NCBI GenBank assembly: GCA_025061835.1
Contig: JANXAC010000001.1
Location: 76,684 to 140,683, forward strand
Source: Spirochaetota bacterium
Lineage (GTDB): Bacteria; Spirochaetota; Brevinematia; DTOW01
DNA length: 64,000 nt
Reading direction: 5' to 3'
This document shows, one piece after another, positions 1 to 10,155 of the stretch; positions within the stretch are counted from its first letter, which is position 1; each line of letters opens with the position of its first letter. Both the position numbers and the translations under genes were made by a program. The notes under the pieces were generated by a model. The model did not search any database. It was given only the letters and a program-made list of their open reading frames with translations, and was not told the origin of the DNA.

Positions 1-54
1 TTTTACTTGCTTATGTAAAATTGCAAGTAGATTATTAAATATGGGAGGTAAAAT

Positions 55-1161
55 ATGGTTTGGAAGAATGAAAAAATAGAAGAATTAATTAAAAAAGCTT
101 CTGAGATGATTGATCAGAAGCAGTATAGTAAATCTATTGCACTTATAGAGGAGGGGTTGAAAAATAATGAAAATAACACCGATCTATTGTATCTTCTTGG
201 AACTGCTTACAGAAAGAGTCTAATGTTTGATGAAGCAATTAACACCTTCAACAAGTTGTTATCAATAGACCCCAACAATAAAAAAGCACTACTAGGGCTA
301 GCAGACTCCTGGAGAGGTTTAAAGAACTGGGAAAAATCTCTTGAGGTATGGAACAAATACATACAAATAGAACCCAAAGATTCACTCGTCATAACCAGAA
401 TGGGTGATGCTTACAGAAAATTGAAAAACTATCAAAAAGCAGAAGAGTGTTATGTAAAAGCTATTGAACTCAATAACAAAAACAAGTTTGCTTTGATGGG
501 AATAGGAGATATGTTTTATAAACTAGAGGAATTTGATAAAGCACTAATGTACTGGGAGAAATTGATAGAAATAAGACCTAACACACTTAATGTCCTAACG
601 ATGATAGGTAATATATACAGAAGGAAAAAGATTTTCTCAAAAGCTGTCGCATATTATCAAAGAGCACTTGGGGTTGATTACGAAAACTTCTATGCTTTAT
701 ACGGTATAGCAGATGCCTTAAGAGGAATGGGACAATTCAAAGAGTCTCTAAAGTATTGGATAAGACTTGCAGAAAAGTATCCCGACAACCCAAAAATACT
801 TACACGATTAGGAGATACTCTGTTAAAAGTCAATAAGGACAGTGAAGCAGAGGTTGCTTTCAACAAAGCTCTAGAGGCAGGTTATAGTAAATATGCTCTT
901 ATAGGACTCGCAAAAATAAAAACTAAGCGTAAAGAATTCCAGCAAGCGATAGATATTTGCAACTCACTTATGAAACAACATCCTGATGATATAAGAATAG
1001 TTTTACTACTTGGCGATATATATGAGAGCATGGGACTTAAGAAAAACGCAGAAGCGTTGTATAAAACCTCATTACAAAGATTTAAAAACAATAAAGAACT
1101 AACATCTAGATTAAGCAGACTTTCTCTGAAGAGTTTTGAAGATAGTATAGAAAAGGTATAA
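55..1161 (+). CDS. TPR repeat protein
   Basis: 368 aa. Repeated about 34-aa units with the W-LG-Y / A-Y-A-P TPR signature (for example 'LLGTAYRKS', 'AIELNNKNKFALMGIGDMFYKL'). A strong GGGAGG Shine-Dalgarno lies 8 nt upstream of the ATG. Confidence 0.7.
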   Translation: MVWKNEKIEELIKKASEMIDQKQYSKSIALIEEGLKNNENNTDLLYLLGTAYRKSLMFDEAINTFNKLLSIDPNNKKALLGLADSWRGLKNWEKSLEVWNKYIQIEPKDSLVITRMGDAYRKLKNYQKAEECYVKAIELNNKNKFALMGIGDMFYKLEEFDKALMYWEKLIEIRPNTLNVLTMIGNIYRRKKIFSKAVAYYQRALGVDYENFYALYGIADALRGMGQFKESLKYWIRLAEKYPDNPKILTRLGDTLLKVNKDSEAEVAFNKALEAGYSKYALIGLAKIKTKRKEFQQAIDICNSLMKQHPDDIRIVLLLGDIYESMGLKKNAEALYKTSLQRFKNNKELTSRLSRLSLKSFEDSIEKV

Positions 1162-1163
1162 GA

Positions 1164-1865
1164 TCACTGGATATACCGATAACCCTTCAGATCAAATGAG
1201 AAAATATCGTCACTCACTTCAAAACTAAATCTTCGAATATAGTTTATGTTAGTTTCAGTAAATAAAACGGTCTTTATTACACCCAACTGTTCAACCACGT
1301 AACCTTTGAAGAAGTATTCTTTTGATTTCTCATCTAAAGTCAACTCTTTCAACGCAAATAGCCTTGAAAAATTTTCATAATTATACTCATATCCTGCTGA
1401 CCTTAAAAGAGAGGAATCAAAGTTCGTCTTTATTCTCATAAGGTCAAGAGTTATAAGATAATACCCTCCGAAATTATCAACCAACCTTACACACCTAAAT
1501 CCATTTACATTCGTAAATTCTCCTGAGTAAGATATCTTTATCTCTCCGACAAATGTCTTAGCAAACCTTATAAAACCATTTATTCTACCAGATAGCTCAT
1601 CTAACCACTTTCTTATAGGTAAGACTCTGTATTCTCTATTCTTCGTATCAATAACTATCGCCTCAGACTTATCAATGTTATATATTATGATACTATTGTT
1701 TTGAGTTCTATCAGTTCTAAACATATTACCCTTGATGTAAGTTCTTGTGTAATTCGTTTCTTTAAAATTTCTTATAGAAATCTCCTCGTAGAAAAATTCT
1801 ATATTAGCGTATGAGTAAATATTGATAACTAACAAAAATAAGATAACTTTAAATGCTAGTTTCAT
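1164..1865 (-). CDS. hypothetical secreted protein
   Basis: 233 aa. The N-terminal signal-like segment is MKLAFKVILFLLVINIYSYA. No recognisable catalytic motif. Confidence 0.45.
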   Translation of the reverse strand: MKLAFKVILFLLVINIYSYANIEFFYEEISIRNFKETNYTRTYIKGNMFRTDRTQNNSIIIYNIDKSEAIVIDTKNREYRVLPIRKWLDELSGRINGFIRFAKTFVGEIKISYSGEFTNVNGFRCVRLVDNFGGYYLITLDLMRIKTNFDSSLLRSAGYEYNYENFSRLFALKELTLDEKSKEYFFKGYVVEQLGVIKTVLFTETNINYIRRFSFEVSDDIFSFDLKGYRYIQ

Positions 1866-1934
1866 AGTTTATTAAAGATAACAAAAAGTCAATAAAAATC
1901 AAAAATTACGACCTATTCTAGTAGTTAGACATCC

Positions 1935-2804
1935 TCATCTTTCACAATAAAAATCAACTATGGACTTGTTTGAAACCCTTAGCCTGTTTAGAGTTTTGAC
2001 AATATCTTTGTTTAGTCGTGTATCCAGAAACGAAGTTATCCTACCTCTAGATAACTTGCCTACTAATACATTATCCTTAATCTTAAAACGATATGAAACA
2101 AGGTATAATAATACCAGATCAAAGATACTTATCTTATCAATAGGTATAAGATAAGAGTTTTTGTTAAAAACTTTTATGTTCCTGTGTGTTTTCTGGTTTG
2201 GTATTATAACATTGATTATACCATCTCCGAGCAAGTTATTGCTTACAACTACCAGTTCATTCTTCATAAGTGTCTTATAGAAATTGAGAGTCTCCCTGTT
2301 TATACTTCGGTAATTCCTGATGTAGTGTCGTATAACATCTTCAACTTTATGATACTCAAGAACATTCATAAGAGATACAAAAGAAGATGTGAAACTGTCT
2401 GAAAATCCTAGTGTTATCTTATTAACGAATTTCTTGAGTGACAACAATGGTGAGTTATTGAGCAATTGCTTAAAAAAGTTCTTATCTTCCTCAATATAGT
2501 TCAAAACACTTAAAGGAATATACGATCTTGAAGCAATAAACCTAAAATTTTCAGAAGGAGAACTTTGATAATTTACAAAGAACGACAAAATCTTTGACAA
2601 AAACTTAACTTGTTTAGTAGTTATCCTTTTCTGGACGATACTTCCGCGATTTTCATAAACGAATAATGATATCTTTTTATCAAATCTTATCTCTTTCCCG
2701 TATTTAATACTCTTTTTCGTTATTGAGTAGTTCTGCGATATTTCAAGATTGTTTATAACTATCTTGTCAGCATATTTCACAATACTAACATTCTTACCAT
2801 CCAT
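1935..2804 (-). CDS. hypothetical protein
   Basis: 289-aa ORF, same orientation as the upstream secreted protein with a 69-nt gap. No motif recognised. Confidence 0.4.
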   Translation of the reverse strand: MDGKNVSIVKYADKIVINNLEISQNYSITKKSIKYGKEIRFDKKISLFVYENRGSIVQKRITTKQVKFLSKILSFFVNYQSSPSENFRFIASRSYIPLSVLNYIEEDKNFFKQLLNNSPLLSLKKFVNKITLGFSDSFTSSFVSLMNVLEYHKVEDVIRHYIRNYRSINRETLNFYKTLMKNELVVVSNNLLGDGIINVIIPNQKTHRNIKVFNKNSYLIPIDKISIFDLVLLYLVSYRFKIKDNVLVGKLSRGRITSFLDTRLNKDIVKTLNRLRVSNKSIVDFYCER

Positions 2805-2911
2805 ACATTTAAACTATTCAGAATTTTTACGCGTAATTTAGGATCAATCACTATCACATTATTTTCTATGAACATATACCTATTTTCAAAATTCAAGACT
2901 ATATAACAAAG

Positions 2912-5209
2912 TTAAAAATTCTTCTTCAAAGCAAGATATACAATCTGTCCGAACGAAATTCCTCCATCATTTGGAGGAACCCTCTGATTTGTTAAAACCT
3001 TAAATCCCTCACTTTTAAGAACTCGGATAGTTTTATCCAGTAGATATCCATTTTGAAAAACACCTCCACTCAAAGCAACATTTCTACATCCAAACATTTT
3101 ACTCATCTCACTAACACACGTCCAAATTATCTTGACTAATGTATTATGAAACTTGAGACTTATTACTTCCTTTGGAATATTCTCATTCAAGTCTTGGTAG
3201 ATACCCAGGATTATCTTCCTCCAATCAATCATCTCTCCTTCCAAACCAAACTGATAAGTATCATCAGAAAACTGACTTGCATCGTAAAGAGCAAATTCAA
3301 GTTCCATAGCAGATTGTCCTTCAAATTTTGAGTAGTTTGAGATACCCAGTATTGAGGATACACCATCAAACAGCCTTCCCGCACCAGATGAATTTACAAA
3401 ATATCCTCTTCTGAAAAGATTTACTACATTCCTTACCTCTGGATTATCTCCGTATATCTTAAACACTGCTTCATCAAGCGAAGACATAATAAGAAGTGCT
3501 ACTCCTATCCTCCATGCCTCCTTGATTGAGATCTCACCCCCTACGAGAGGTATAGGTAAGAAGTGGAAGACTCTCTTAAAGTCCCCCTTGCTTACAAACA
3601 TAAATTCACTGCCCCATATTTCTCCATCCGTTCCGTATCCAGTTCCATCCCAAGCAACACCTATAACATCCTGATCAATCATACCATTCTCCCCTATAAC
3701 TGAAAGTATATGAGCAAAGTGATGTTGAACCTTTACTATATTTTTACCATTCTTTTCAGCAAACTGTGTAGATACATAATCTGGATGGAGGTCACAGACA
3801 GTATATTCAGGTTCTATAGAGTAAAATTTAGTTAGATCCTTTATACTTCTTTCAAAAGCCTTTATAGACTCAAGAGTTTCAAGATCTCCTATATGCTGAC
3901 TCATTACAACATACTTATCAACAGACATTGCCACAGTATTTTTCAGATGTCCTCCAACACCGATAGCAATAGACAAAGGTTTATCCAGAATTAGCGGCTT
4001 CGGGACAAATCCTCTAGCCCTCCTTATGAGTATTGTATTACCATCAGAAGTTATCTTAATAACACTATCATCAACATGTCTTACAATTCTACGATTGTGT
4101 ATCAGAAAGTAATCTGCTATGCCTTTGAGCCTTTCAAATGCTTCCTCATTATCTATACAGATTGGTTCATCTGATATATTGCCACTTGTGAATACAACAG
4201 GAACCTTAACCTCTTCCATAATAAGTATATGTAATGGTGTATAAGGTAGAATACACCCTAGAAAAGGATTCCTCGGTGCAACGAGTTCAGAAATATCTAC
4301 TCCCTGCTTTCTTCTCAAAAGAACTATAGGAGCAATATATGAAACAAGGTATTTCTCTTCTACCTCGCTAACATAGCAATATCTCTCAACATCTTCTAAA
4401 CTCCTAAACATAACTGCAAAAGGTTTTTCTTCCCTTCTCTTCCTTCTCCTTAATTCTCTGACAATATCATCACTATCAGCCCTACAAACAATCTGAAAAC
4501 CACCTATGCCTTTTATAGCAACTATATTACCCTCTAGTATTAACCTAGACGCTTCTCTTATAACCTTTGCTGTGTATTCTCTCCTTTCGTTTTCTTTTTT
4601 CGGGTAGCTACCTAATAAATTCCTAAGGTTTGAGTCAAGAAATTCTAGATGAGGGCCACACTCAAAGCAAGCAACTGGCTGTGCGTGAAAACGCCTATTT
4701 GAGATATCTTCATATTCACTCCTACAGAACTCGCACATATCAAAATCTCTCATTGATGTGTTGTGTCTATCATAAGGTATGTCTTCAATTATAGAAAACC
4801 GAGGACCACAGTCAGTGCAGTTTATGAATGGATATAAGAATCTTTTGTTTTTACTGTCAAATAACTCTCTTCTACAATCTTCACATATTGAGATATCTGG
4901 TGGAATGATAGGTAGTTTTTGAACACCTTGAGTGCTAGGTAGTATATTGAATTCATTCTCACCTAATACTTCAATCTCTTGAGTTTTGAGAGAGTATATC
5001 TCACTTGCCCTAGGAGGAGATGTAAGGATTATATTGATAAAATCATCTATCTTATCTTTAGTTCCTTCAACTTGGATATACACTCCACTACTGTCATTTC
5101 TAACCCATCCACTAAGTCCTAGTTGCTTACAAACTCTATACACAAATGGTCTAAAACCAACGCCTTCAGATAAACCCTTTACTTCAATAGAATATCGTTT
5201 AATACTCAT
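2912..5209 (-). CDS. hypF: [NiFe]-hydrogenase maturation carbamoyltransferase HypF
   Basis: Acylphosphatase domain (EGVGFRPFVYRV), paired CxxC zinc fingers (CEDCRRE...CTDCGPRFSI and CEFCRSE...CFECGPH), then YrdC-like and Kae1/carbamoyltransferase domains. The start was chosen at an internal Met (MSIKRY...) that matches HypF N-termini. The ORF could extend to 5269. Confidence 0.85.
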   Translation of the reverse strand: MSIKRYSIEVKGLSEGVGFRPFVYRVCKQLGLSGWVRNDSSGVYIQVEGTKDKIDDFINIILTSPPRASEIYSLKTQEIEVLGENEFNILPSTQGVQKLPIIPPDISICEDCRRELFDSKNKRFLYPFINCTDCGPRFSIIEDIPYDRHNTSMRDFDMCEFCRSEYEDISNRRFHAQPVACFECGPHLEFLDSNLRNLLGSYPKKENERREYTAKVIREASRLILEGNIVAIKGIGGFQIVCRADSDDIVRELRRRKRREEKPFAVMFRSLEDVERYCYVSEVEEKYLVSYIAPIVLLRRKQGVDISELVAPRNPFLGCILPYTPLHILIMEEVKVPVVFTSGNISDEPICIDNEEAFERLKGIADYFLIHNRRIVRHVDDSVIKITSDGNTILIRRARGFVPKPLILDKPLSIAIGVGGHLKNTVAMSVDKYVVMSQHIGDLETLESIKAFERSIKDLTKFYSIEPEYTVCDLHPDYVSTQFAEKNGKNIVKVQHHFAHILSVIGENGMIDQDVIGVAWDGTGYGTDGEIWGSEFMFVSKGDFKRVFHFLPIPLVGGEISIKEAWRIGVALLIMSSLDEAVFKIYGDNPEVRNVVNLFRRGYFVNSSGAGRLFDGVSSILGISNYSKFEGQSAMELEFALYDASQFSDDTYQFGLEGEMIDWRKIILGIYQDLNENIPKEVISLKFHNTLVKIIWTCVSEMSKMFGCRNVALSGGVFQNGYLLDKTIRVLKSEGFKVLTNQRVPPNDGGISFGQIVYLALKKNF

Positions 5210-5256
5210 AAGGTAATTATTTTGAAGAAAAAATCTCATTTCAAACTTATAAATTT

Positions 5257-6099
5257 TTGAAAATAACATCTATACTCTTTGAGTATTCAAGAGTAAATTT
5301 TATGCTCTTCGTAAGAATTTTGATTTCTTTGGTCTTTTTGTGTTGTTTATATTTCAATACAAATGCTCTCTCATATAAGAAATATGAATTATTGCTATCT
5401 GAAAGCAATTATATATTCGTTCAGGCTTCATACAAGAGTGAGAGTCTTTCATCACAAGTATTTTACAAGTACAATGAGTTTTTGTCTTTCGGTTTTGACT
5501 TCTGGGGCATATTCTCTGTGCCTATATACACCTACTCTGGATACATAGAGGAAAACCTAACTTTTTACAAGATTGGAATTTATGCTAATATCTTTAAGTT
5601 CAGATTGTTTAACAAAAAATTTGGTTTTATTACAAGATTTTCAACAGGAAGTATTATTGATTATAGGGATTTTTTAATTTCGTTTGAGATTTATTCCTAT
5701 GATAGCCTGCTAGAGAATCTGTACTACTTAATTTCTCTGAAAGATGTAGGTTTCGGTATTTACTATACTACCTTCATTCCTCTGAATATCGTAGTTAGTC
5801 CAATCTTGATTTCAACAGGTATAAGATACAAAATCTACAATCTTAACATAGATACCACTCTGTTTGGTATAGCCGAACTAGATACAGGTAGATATTCAAC
5901 CTACGCTAGTTTATACCTCGCTTACAAGTTATTTGAAGGAATGTCAATTGGTTTAGGTAACACTTTCAGGATTGGTAATTACCTAAACATTGAACTTTTC
6001 TCATCATTAAGTAATGAGATTTTTACAATCAGAGCTGGACTAGGTTTTGGATATATCAATGGCATTATAGCAAACTTTGAATTCTCAACAAAAATATAG
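5257..6099 (+). CDS. hypothetical aromatic-rich beta-strand protein, possible outer-membrane beta-barrel
   Basis: 280-aa ORF. Hydrophobic N-terminal segment, then alternating Y/F/I residues typical of amphipathic beta-strands, and a C-terminal ...ANFEFSTKI. The true start may be the internal Met at MLFVRIL. Confidence 0.4.
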   Translation: MKITSILFEYSRVNFMLFVRILISLVFLCCLYFNTNALSYKKYELLLSESNYIFVQASYKSESLSSQVFYKYNEFLSFGFDFWGIFSVPIYTYSGYIEENLTFYKIGIYANIFKFRLFNKKFGFITRFSTGSIIDYRDFLISFEIYSYDSLLENLYYLISLKDVGFGIYYTTFIPLNIVVSPILISTGIRYKIYNLNIDTTLFGIAELDTGRYSTYASLYLAYKLFEGMSIGLGNTFRIGNYLNIELFSSLSNEIFTIRAGLGFGYINGIIANFEFSTKI

Positions 6100-6110
6100 T
6101 AAAAGTATAT

Positions 6111-6770
6111 TTATACAAACCTAAACCATCCTGTTTCAGTTCCGACTAGTATCGTAGAGAATTTTGTGAATATTCCGTTTTCAATTATACCTGGTATGCT
6201 TTTAAGCCATCGCTCCGTTTCTTTTGGATTCTCAAGCCTCATATAACACTCAAGTAAAAAATTCCCATTGTCGCTTACTACAGGTCCTAACTTACCTTTT
6301 CCAACCCTCAACGTTGGGTTGAATTCCTTAAGTTCCTTCATAACTATCGGTGCAGCGAACGGCAATACTTCCATATTCACTACACCTTCCAAGACACCAT
6401 CAACGATCTTTGATTCATCCACTATAACTACAAACTCATTAGCATTATAGTCAATTATTTTTTCTCTTGTTAGAGCTCCACCTCCCCCCTTTAGAAGTGC
6501 CTCTTTATTTGCTTTATCAGCACCGTCAATAGCAATATCTATTCTATCAACCGCATCTGTTTCTGTGACGAATATACCATTCTGTATTGCAAGCATCCTT
6601 GAAGAGTAAGAGGTAGTAACACATACAACATTTAATCCCTCTTTGACTCTTTGACCAAGTAGTTTTATAAATTCTTGAACTGTTGTTCCACTTCCTAAAC
6701 CTATTATCATACCACTCTTCACATAATCAAGAGCTGCCATTGCTACATTAACTTTTGGCAAAGATGACAT
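6111..6770 (-). CDS. rpiA: ribose-5-phosphate isomerase A
   Basis: Motifs GLGSGTT, DGADK (the RpiA DGADE box) and KGGGGA. Confidence 0.85.
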   Translation of the reverse strand: MSSLPKVNVAMAALDYVKSGMIIGLGSGTTVQEFIKLLGQRVKEGLNVVCVTTSYSSRMLAIQNGIFVTETDAVDRIDIAIDGADKANKEALLKGGGGALTREKIIDYNANEFVVIVDESKIVDGVLEGVVNMEVLPFAAPIVMKELKEFNPTLRVGKGKLGPVVSDNGNFLLECYMRLENPKETERWLKSIPGIIENGIFTKFSTILVGTETGWFRFV

Positions 6771-6822
6771 TACATTCCTCCAATAGACAACGAATTATAA
6801 GAGGATATTAGGCCAATACATA

Positions 6823-7413
6823 TCACAATCTTTCTACCTGATCAAAATTTATATTCAAAGGTGTCTCCCTATTAAATATAGTTACGTTGACTTTAAGTTT
6901 GAACTTATCTGGATAAACTTCAACAACCGTCCCAACAAGTCCCTTGAAAGGACCATCAGTTATCTTAACCTGATTTCCGACCTCAAATGAAGAAGACAAA
7001 TCAACGAATGCTCTACTCTTAAATTCACCAGTTCTCTCAAATATTGCCCTAACCTCTTCTATTGACAGTGGTTTAGGAGGAACTTTGTAGGATCTTACTC
7101 CGCTTTGCTCATATTTAGCACCTAAAAACCCAATAACACCGTGAATATTCTTTATACTCCTTAGAAAGTACTCAAGACTTCTTTCTTCTGACGGTAAGTC
7201 AAGTTCCATCAGAATATACCCTGGAAAGATTCTTTGCTTTTTTGAGTGCTTTTTATCATCTTTGCCTTTAACTTCAACGACTTCAGTAGGAACTTTAATA
7301 TTAACAATAACTTTTCTTATGTTTTCATCCTTTTCTGAAAGTCTCTTGACTTTCTCAACAACATTACTCTCAAGCCCTGCTATAGTATGTAGAACATACC
7401 ACGCTCTACTCAT
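6823..7413 (-). CDS. nusG: transcription termination/antitermination factor NusG
   Basis: N-terminal 'WYVLHT' NGN motif and a C-terminal KOW segment (GPFKGLVGTVVEV). Lies downstream of secE as in the conserved secE-nusG unit. Confidence 0.9.
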   Translation of the reverse strand: MSRAWYVLHTIAGLESNVVEKVKRLSEKDENIRKVIVNIKVPTEVVEVKGKDDKKHSKKQRIFPGYILMELDLPSEERSLEYFLRSIKNIHGVIGFLGAKYEQSGVRSYKVPPKPLSIEEVRAIFERTGEFKSRAFVDLSSSFEVGNQVKITDGPFKGLVGTVVEVYPDKFKLKVNVTIFNRETPLNINFDQVERL

Positions 7414-7424
7414 AAGCCAAACCT

Positions 7425-7610
7425 TTACTTTAGTATCATACCAACTATGGTTGAGGATACGAAATCAACTATTCCAAGTATTATTGATACTATGATTATA
7501 AATAATATTACTACTCCTGATGAAGAGATTACTTCTTCTTTAGGAGGCCACGAGACCTTCTTCATCTCATCAACAACATCTTTGAAGAACTTGACAATTC
7601 CTTTTATCAT
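7425..7610 (-). CDS. secE: preprotein translocase subunit SecE
   Basis: 61 aa with a single C-terminal transmembrane helix and a K-rich N-terminus. Position between tRNA-Trp and nusG. Confidence 0.8.
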   Translation of the reverse strand: MIKGIVKFFKDVVDEMKKVSWPPKEEVISSSGVVILFIIIVSIILGIVDFVSSTIVGMILK

Positions 7611-7629
7611 ATCATCCCTCTCAATTCAT

Positions 7630-7704
7630 TCAGGCCTGGTGGGGCTCGAACCCACAACCTCCGGATTTGGAGTCCGGCGCTCTGGCCAATTAGAGCTACA
7701 GGCC
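7630..7704 (-). tRNA. tRNA-Trp (anticodon CCA)
   Basis: Folded by hand from the reverse complement. Acceptor AGGCCTG/CAGGCCT, D-arm GCTC..GAGC, anticodon loop CUCCAAA, T-loop TTCGAGC. No encoded CCA end. Confidence 0.85.
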
Positions 7705-7705
7705 T

Positions 7706-7788
7706 ATGGGGATGGAGGGACTCGAACCCTCACGGGCATTCACCCAGGGGATTTTAAGTCCCCCGCGTCTGCCGTTCCGCCACACCCC
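7706..7788 (-). tRNA. tRNA-Leu (anticodon UAA), type II with long variable arm
   Basis: Reverse complement gives acceptor GGGGGTG/CATCCCC (one G-U pair), anticodon loop CUUAAAA, a roughly 14-nt variable arm and T-loop TTCGAGT. Only 1 nt separates it from tRNA-Trp. Confidence 0.8.
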
Positions 7789-7807
7789 CACCCAAAAACA
7801 TAAATCT

Positions 7808-7837
7808 ATTATATACAACAAGTCGTTAGTATTTCAA
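7808..7837 (-). promoter_or_regulatory. candidate sigma-70 promoter for the tRNA-Leu/tRNA-Trp/secE/nusG unit
   Basis: On the minus strand: TTGAAA, 18-nt spacer, TATAAT. It ends about 15 nt upstream of the tRNA-Leu 5' end. Confidence 0.3.
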
Positions 7838-7915
7838 CCTGAAGTCTGGATTAGTAAATAAAACAATAAGATTGATAAAAACATAGTAACAATCACAACA
7901 TCTTTAGTAAAAACT

Positions 7916-8710
7916 TTGGAATTTCGGGCAAAGTCGCTAAAATTATTGAAAGTATTTTGCAACAAATTGAATATTATATCTATGGTTATAGCAATCTTCT
8001 CTGATATTCATTCAAATCTTGAAGCACTTGAAGTGTTCTTCAATCAAGTCTACGGTAAAGTTGATAGGTATATATGTTTAGGAGACATTGTTGGATATGG
8101 ACCAGATCCTTCACCTTGTATATCAATAGTGAGGAATATATGTGGGGCTGAATGGGCAGTAAAGGGTAACCACGACCGTGCTTTGATTAGTCCAAAAGAA
8201 ACATCTAACTTCAACTTCGTCGCAGCGGAGGCTATATTCTGGACACTTGATAGAGTTTCGGAAACAGACATTGAATATATAAAAAGTCTAAGTGATGTTA
8301 TAGATTATAACGGATATATCTTCACTCATGGAGGACTTATAGATATAGATGAATATATAACATCAATCTCTTCAGCTACTAGAAACCTAAACAGGTTGAG
8401 TAGATTAGGTAAGAGAATAATGTTTTACGGGCATACGCATATACCAGCGATATGGTCATCCAAGGGATTTCAACCAATAGAGTACGGGAAGAAGATATAC
8501 CTTGATAAGAACGAACTATATCTTATAAATCCCGGAAGTATCGGACAACCTAGAGATAACTCACCCTTGGGAAGTTATCTACTGTTTGATGAAAGTGATA
8601 CATCAGTAGTTTTCAGAAGGTTTGAGTATAACGTTCGTGAAACCTACCGAAAGATTACATCAAGAGGACTTCCAGAATATCTAGGCAGGAGATTGATGTT
8701 TGGTGTCTAG
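7916..8710 (+). CDS. metallophosphoesterase (calcineurin-like, YfcE/MJ0936-type)
   Basis: Motifs AIFSDIHSNLEALE, GDIVGYGPDP, GNHD and GHTH. The true start may be the internal MVIAIF. Confidence 0.7.
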   Translation: MEFRAKSLKLLKVFCNKLNIISMVIAIFSDIHSNLEALEVFFNQVYGKVDRYICLGDIVGYGPDPSPCISIVRNICGAEWAVKGNHDRALISPKETSNFNFVAAEAIFWTLDRVSETDIEYIKSLSDVIDYNGYIFTHGGLIDIDEYITSISSATRNLNRLSRLGKRIMFYGHTHIPAIWSSKGFQPIEYGKKIYLDKNELYLINPGSIGQPRDNSPLGSYLLFDESDTSVVFRRFEYNVRETYRKITSRGLPEYLGRRLMFGV

Positions 8711-9864
8711 TATTGAATTACTATTATCTTTTCTATCTTACCATTAACAACTCTTTCAACTTTCATCTCCATATTATCAAGAACAATTTTCTCCCCGCTC
8801 TCTGGAATTTTACCCATCCTCTCAACTATGAAACCTGAAACAGTGCTGTAAAACTGTGATGTTATTTCAGTTTGGAAGAACTCGTTGAAATCACTTATAG
8901 GCGTATCACCATAGACAAGGTATTCATTCTTTCCAATTTTGGTTATTTTAGAAGTTTCTTCCTTGAATACATGATCAAATATTATTTCAGGACTTATAAA
9001 ACCTATTATGTTTCCATACTCATCAACTATGGCAACTGCAGTAAAACTTCTTGACTCCAAAAGCATATCATACAACTTTTTGGTTTCTGGAACAAAACTT
9101 ATAGGTTCTACATAGTCTTTAATATTACCATTGCCAACAATAATCCTACCAACATTCCAAGGTCGTATAACCCCAACTATATTATTCCTATCATTCTCAT
9201 AAACCAGTACATTTGAGAAATTCAGATCCACGTTCCTTAAAACATCTTTGTTATCCGCTTCAACCAATACCAAATTACTTATAGGTATCATAACTTCTTT
9301 CGCATCCATATCTAGCAACTCAATAAATTTCTTAATTTTTGGGTTTTTCGTGTTTCGTTTTACTATATTTACCAACTCTGTCCTGTCCTTCTTTGATAGA
9401 TAACCAGATCTACTAGTAAATGGATATATGATCCTTCTGTCAACAAACCTAAAAAATGTTTTACCTACAAGGTTTATAATAAATACAGACTTTGATATAC
9501 CCAAAACTGTCCTCTCTGCGATTGAGTATCCACCAATTTTAGGCAGTATTTCTCCGAACAAAGTTATAAGTAGAGATATTACTATCGTTGATGTTATTAT
9601 ACTCAAAGAGACTAACAGGTTTGACATCACTATAGTGAATGTTGTATTGAATAACATGTTGATAAAAAGTATAGTTATTAGTGTCTCTCTGTGTCTCTCA
9701 AGAAGACTCTTCAGATACTTACTCCTCTTCCTATCTTTGATTATAAGTTTGTGAAGTTTTACCTTATCCACTATAAAAAGTGATAGTTCGGAAAATGATG
9801 CAAACATAGACCCTGCTATTGATACAACAGCCACCAACGATAGAACTACTTGAGTCGTTTCCAT
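8707..9864 (-). CDS. CNNM/CorC-family membrane transporter (DUF21, CBS pair, CorC_HlyC)
   Basis: N-terminal polytopic membrane region, central CBS-like segment and the C-terminal CorC_HlyC transporter-associated domain. Confidence 0.75.
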   Translation of the reverse strand: METTQVVLSLVAVVSIAGSMFASFSELSLFIVDKVKLHKLIIKDRKRSKYLKSLLERHRETLITILFINMLFNTTFTIVMSNLLVSLSIITSTIVISLLITLFGEILPKIGGYSIAERTVLGISKSVFIINLVGKTFFRFVDRRIIYPFTSRSGYLSKKDRTELVNIVKRNTKNPKIKKFIELLDMDAKEVMIPISNLVLVEADNKDVLRNVDLNFSNVLVYENDRNNIVGVIRPWNVGRIIVGNGNIKDYVEPISFVPETKKLYDMLLESRSFTAVAIVDEYGNIIGFISPEIIFDHVFKEETSKITKIGKNEYLVYGDTPISDFNEFFQTEITSQFYSTVSGFIVERMGKIPESGEKIVLDNMEMKVERVVNGKIEKIIVIQY

Positions 9865-10155
9865 AAAAACTTGAAACCTTCTAAACTTTGTATTATTTCT
9901 TCCAGAGTCTTATCTCCAATTAACTCCAGTGAATATTTTAAAACACACTCTGACATAACGTAAATTACTTACTATATTTTTCATTATTCACCATAGGATC
10001 TTGCAATTTCAAAACACCCTTTCCAATTGAAGTCTAAAACATTTTGGATGATGGATTGATAAGTCAGTTCTAGAGCACCATCAATTCTAGAATTAACTTG
10101 ACATAAAAACACAACAACATTTTATATTTCTATTGGTGAATAGTATCCAAAGATT

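Noticed and set aside
7447-7803. Plus-strand 118-aa ORF.
   Set aside because: It overlaps secE on the opposite strand and runs through both tRNA genes.
9990-10020. Sigma-54-like GG/GC promoter upstream of the NtrC-family gene.
   Set aside because: The GG and GC dinucleotides are separated by 5 nt rather than the required 10. It does not fit TGGCAC-N5-TTGC.
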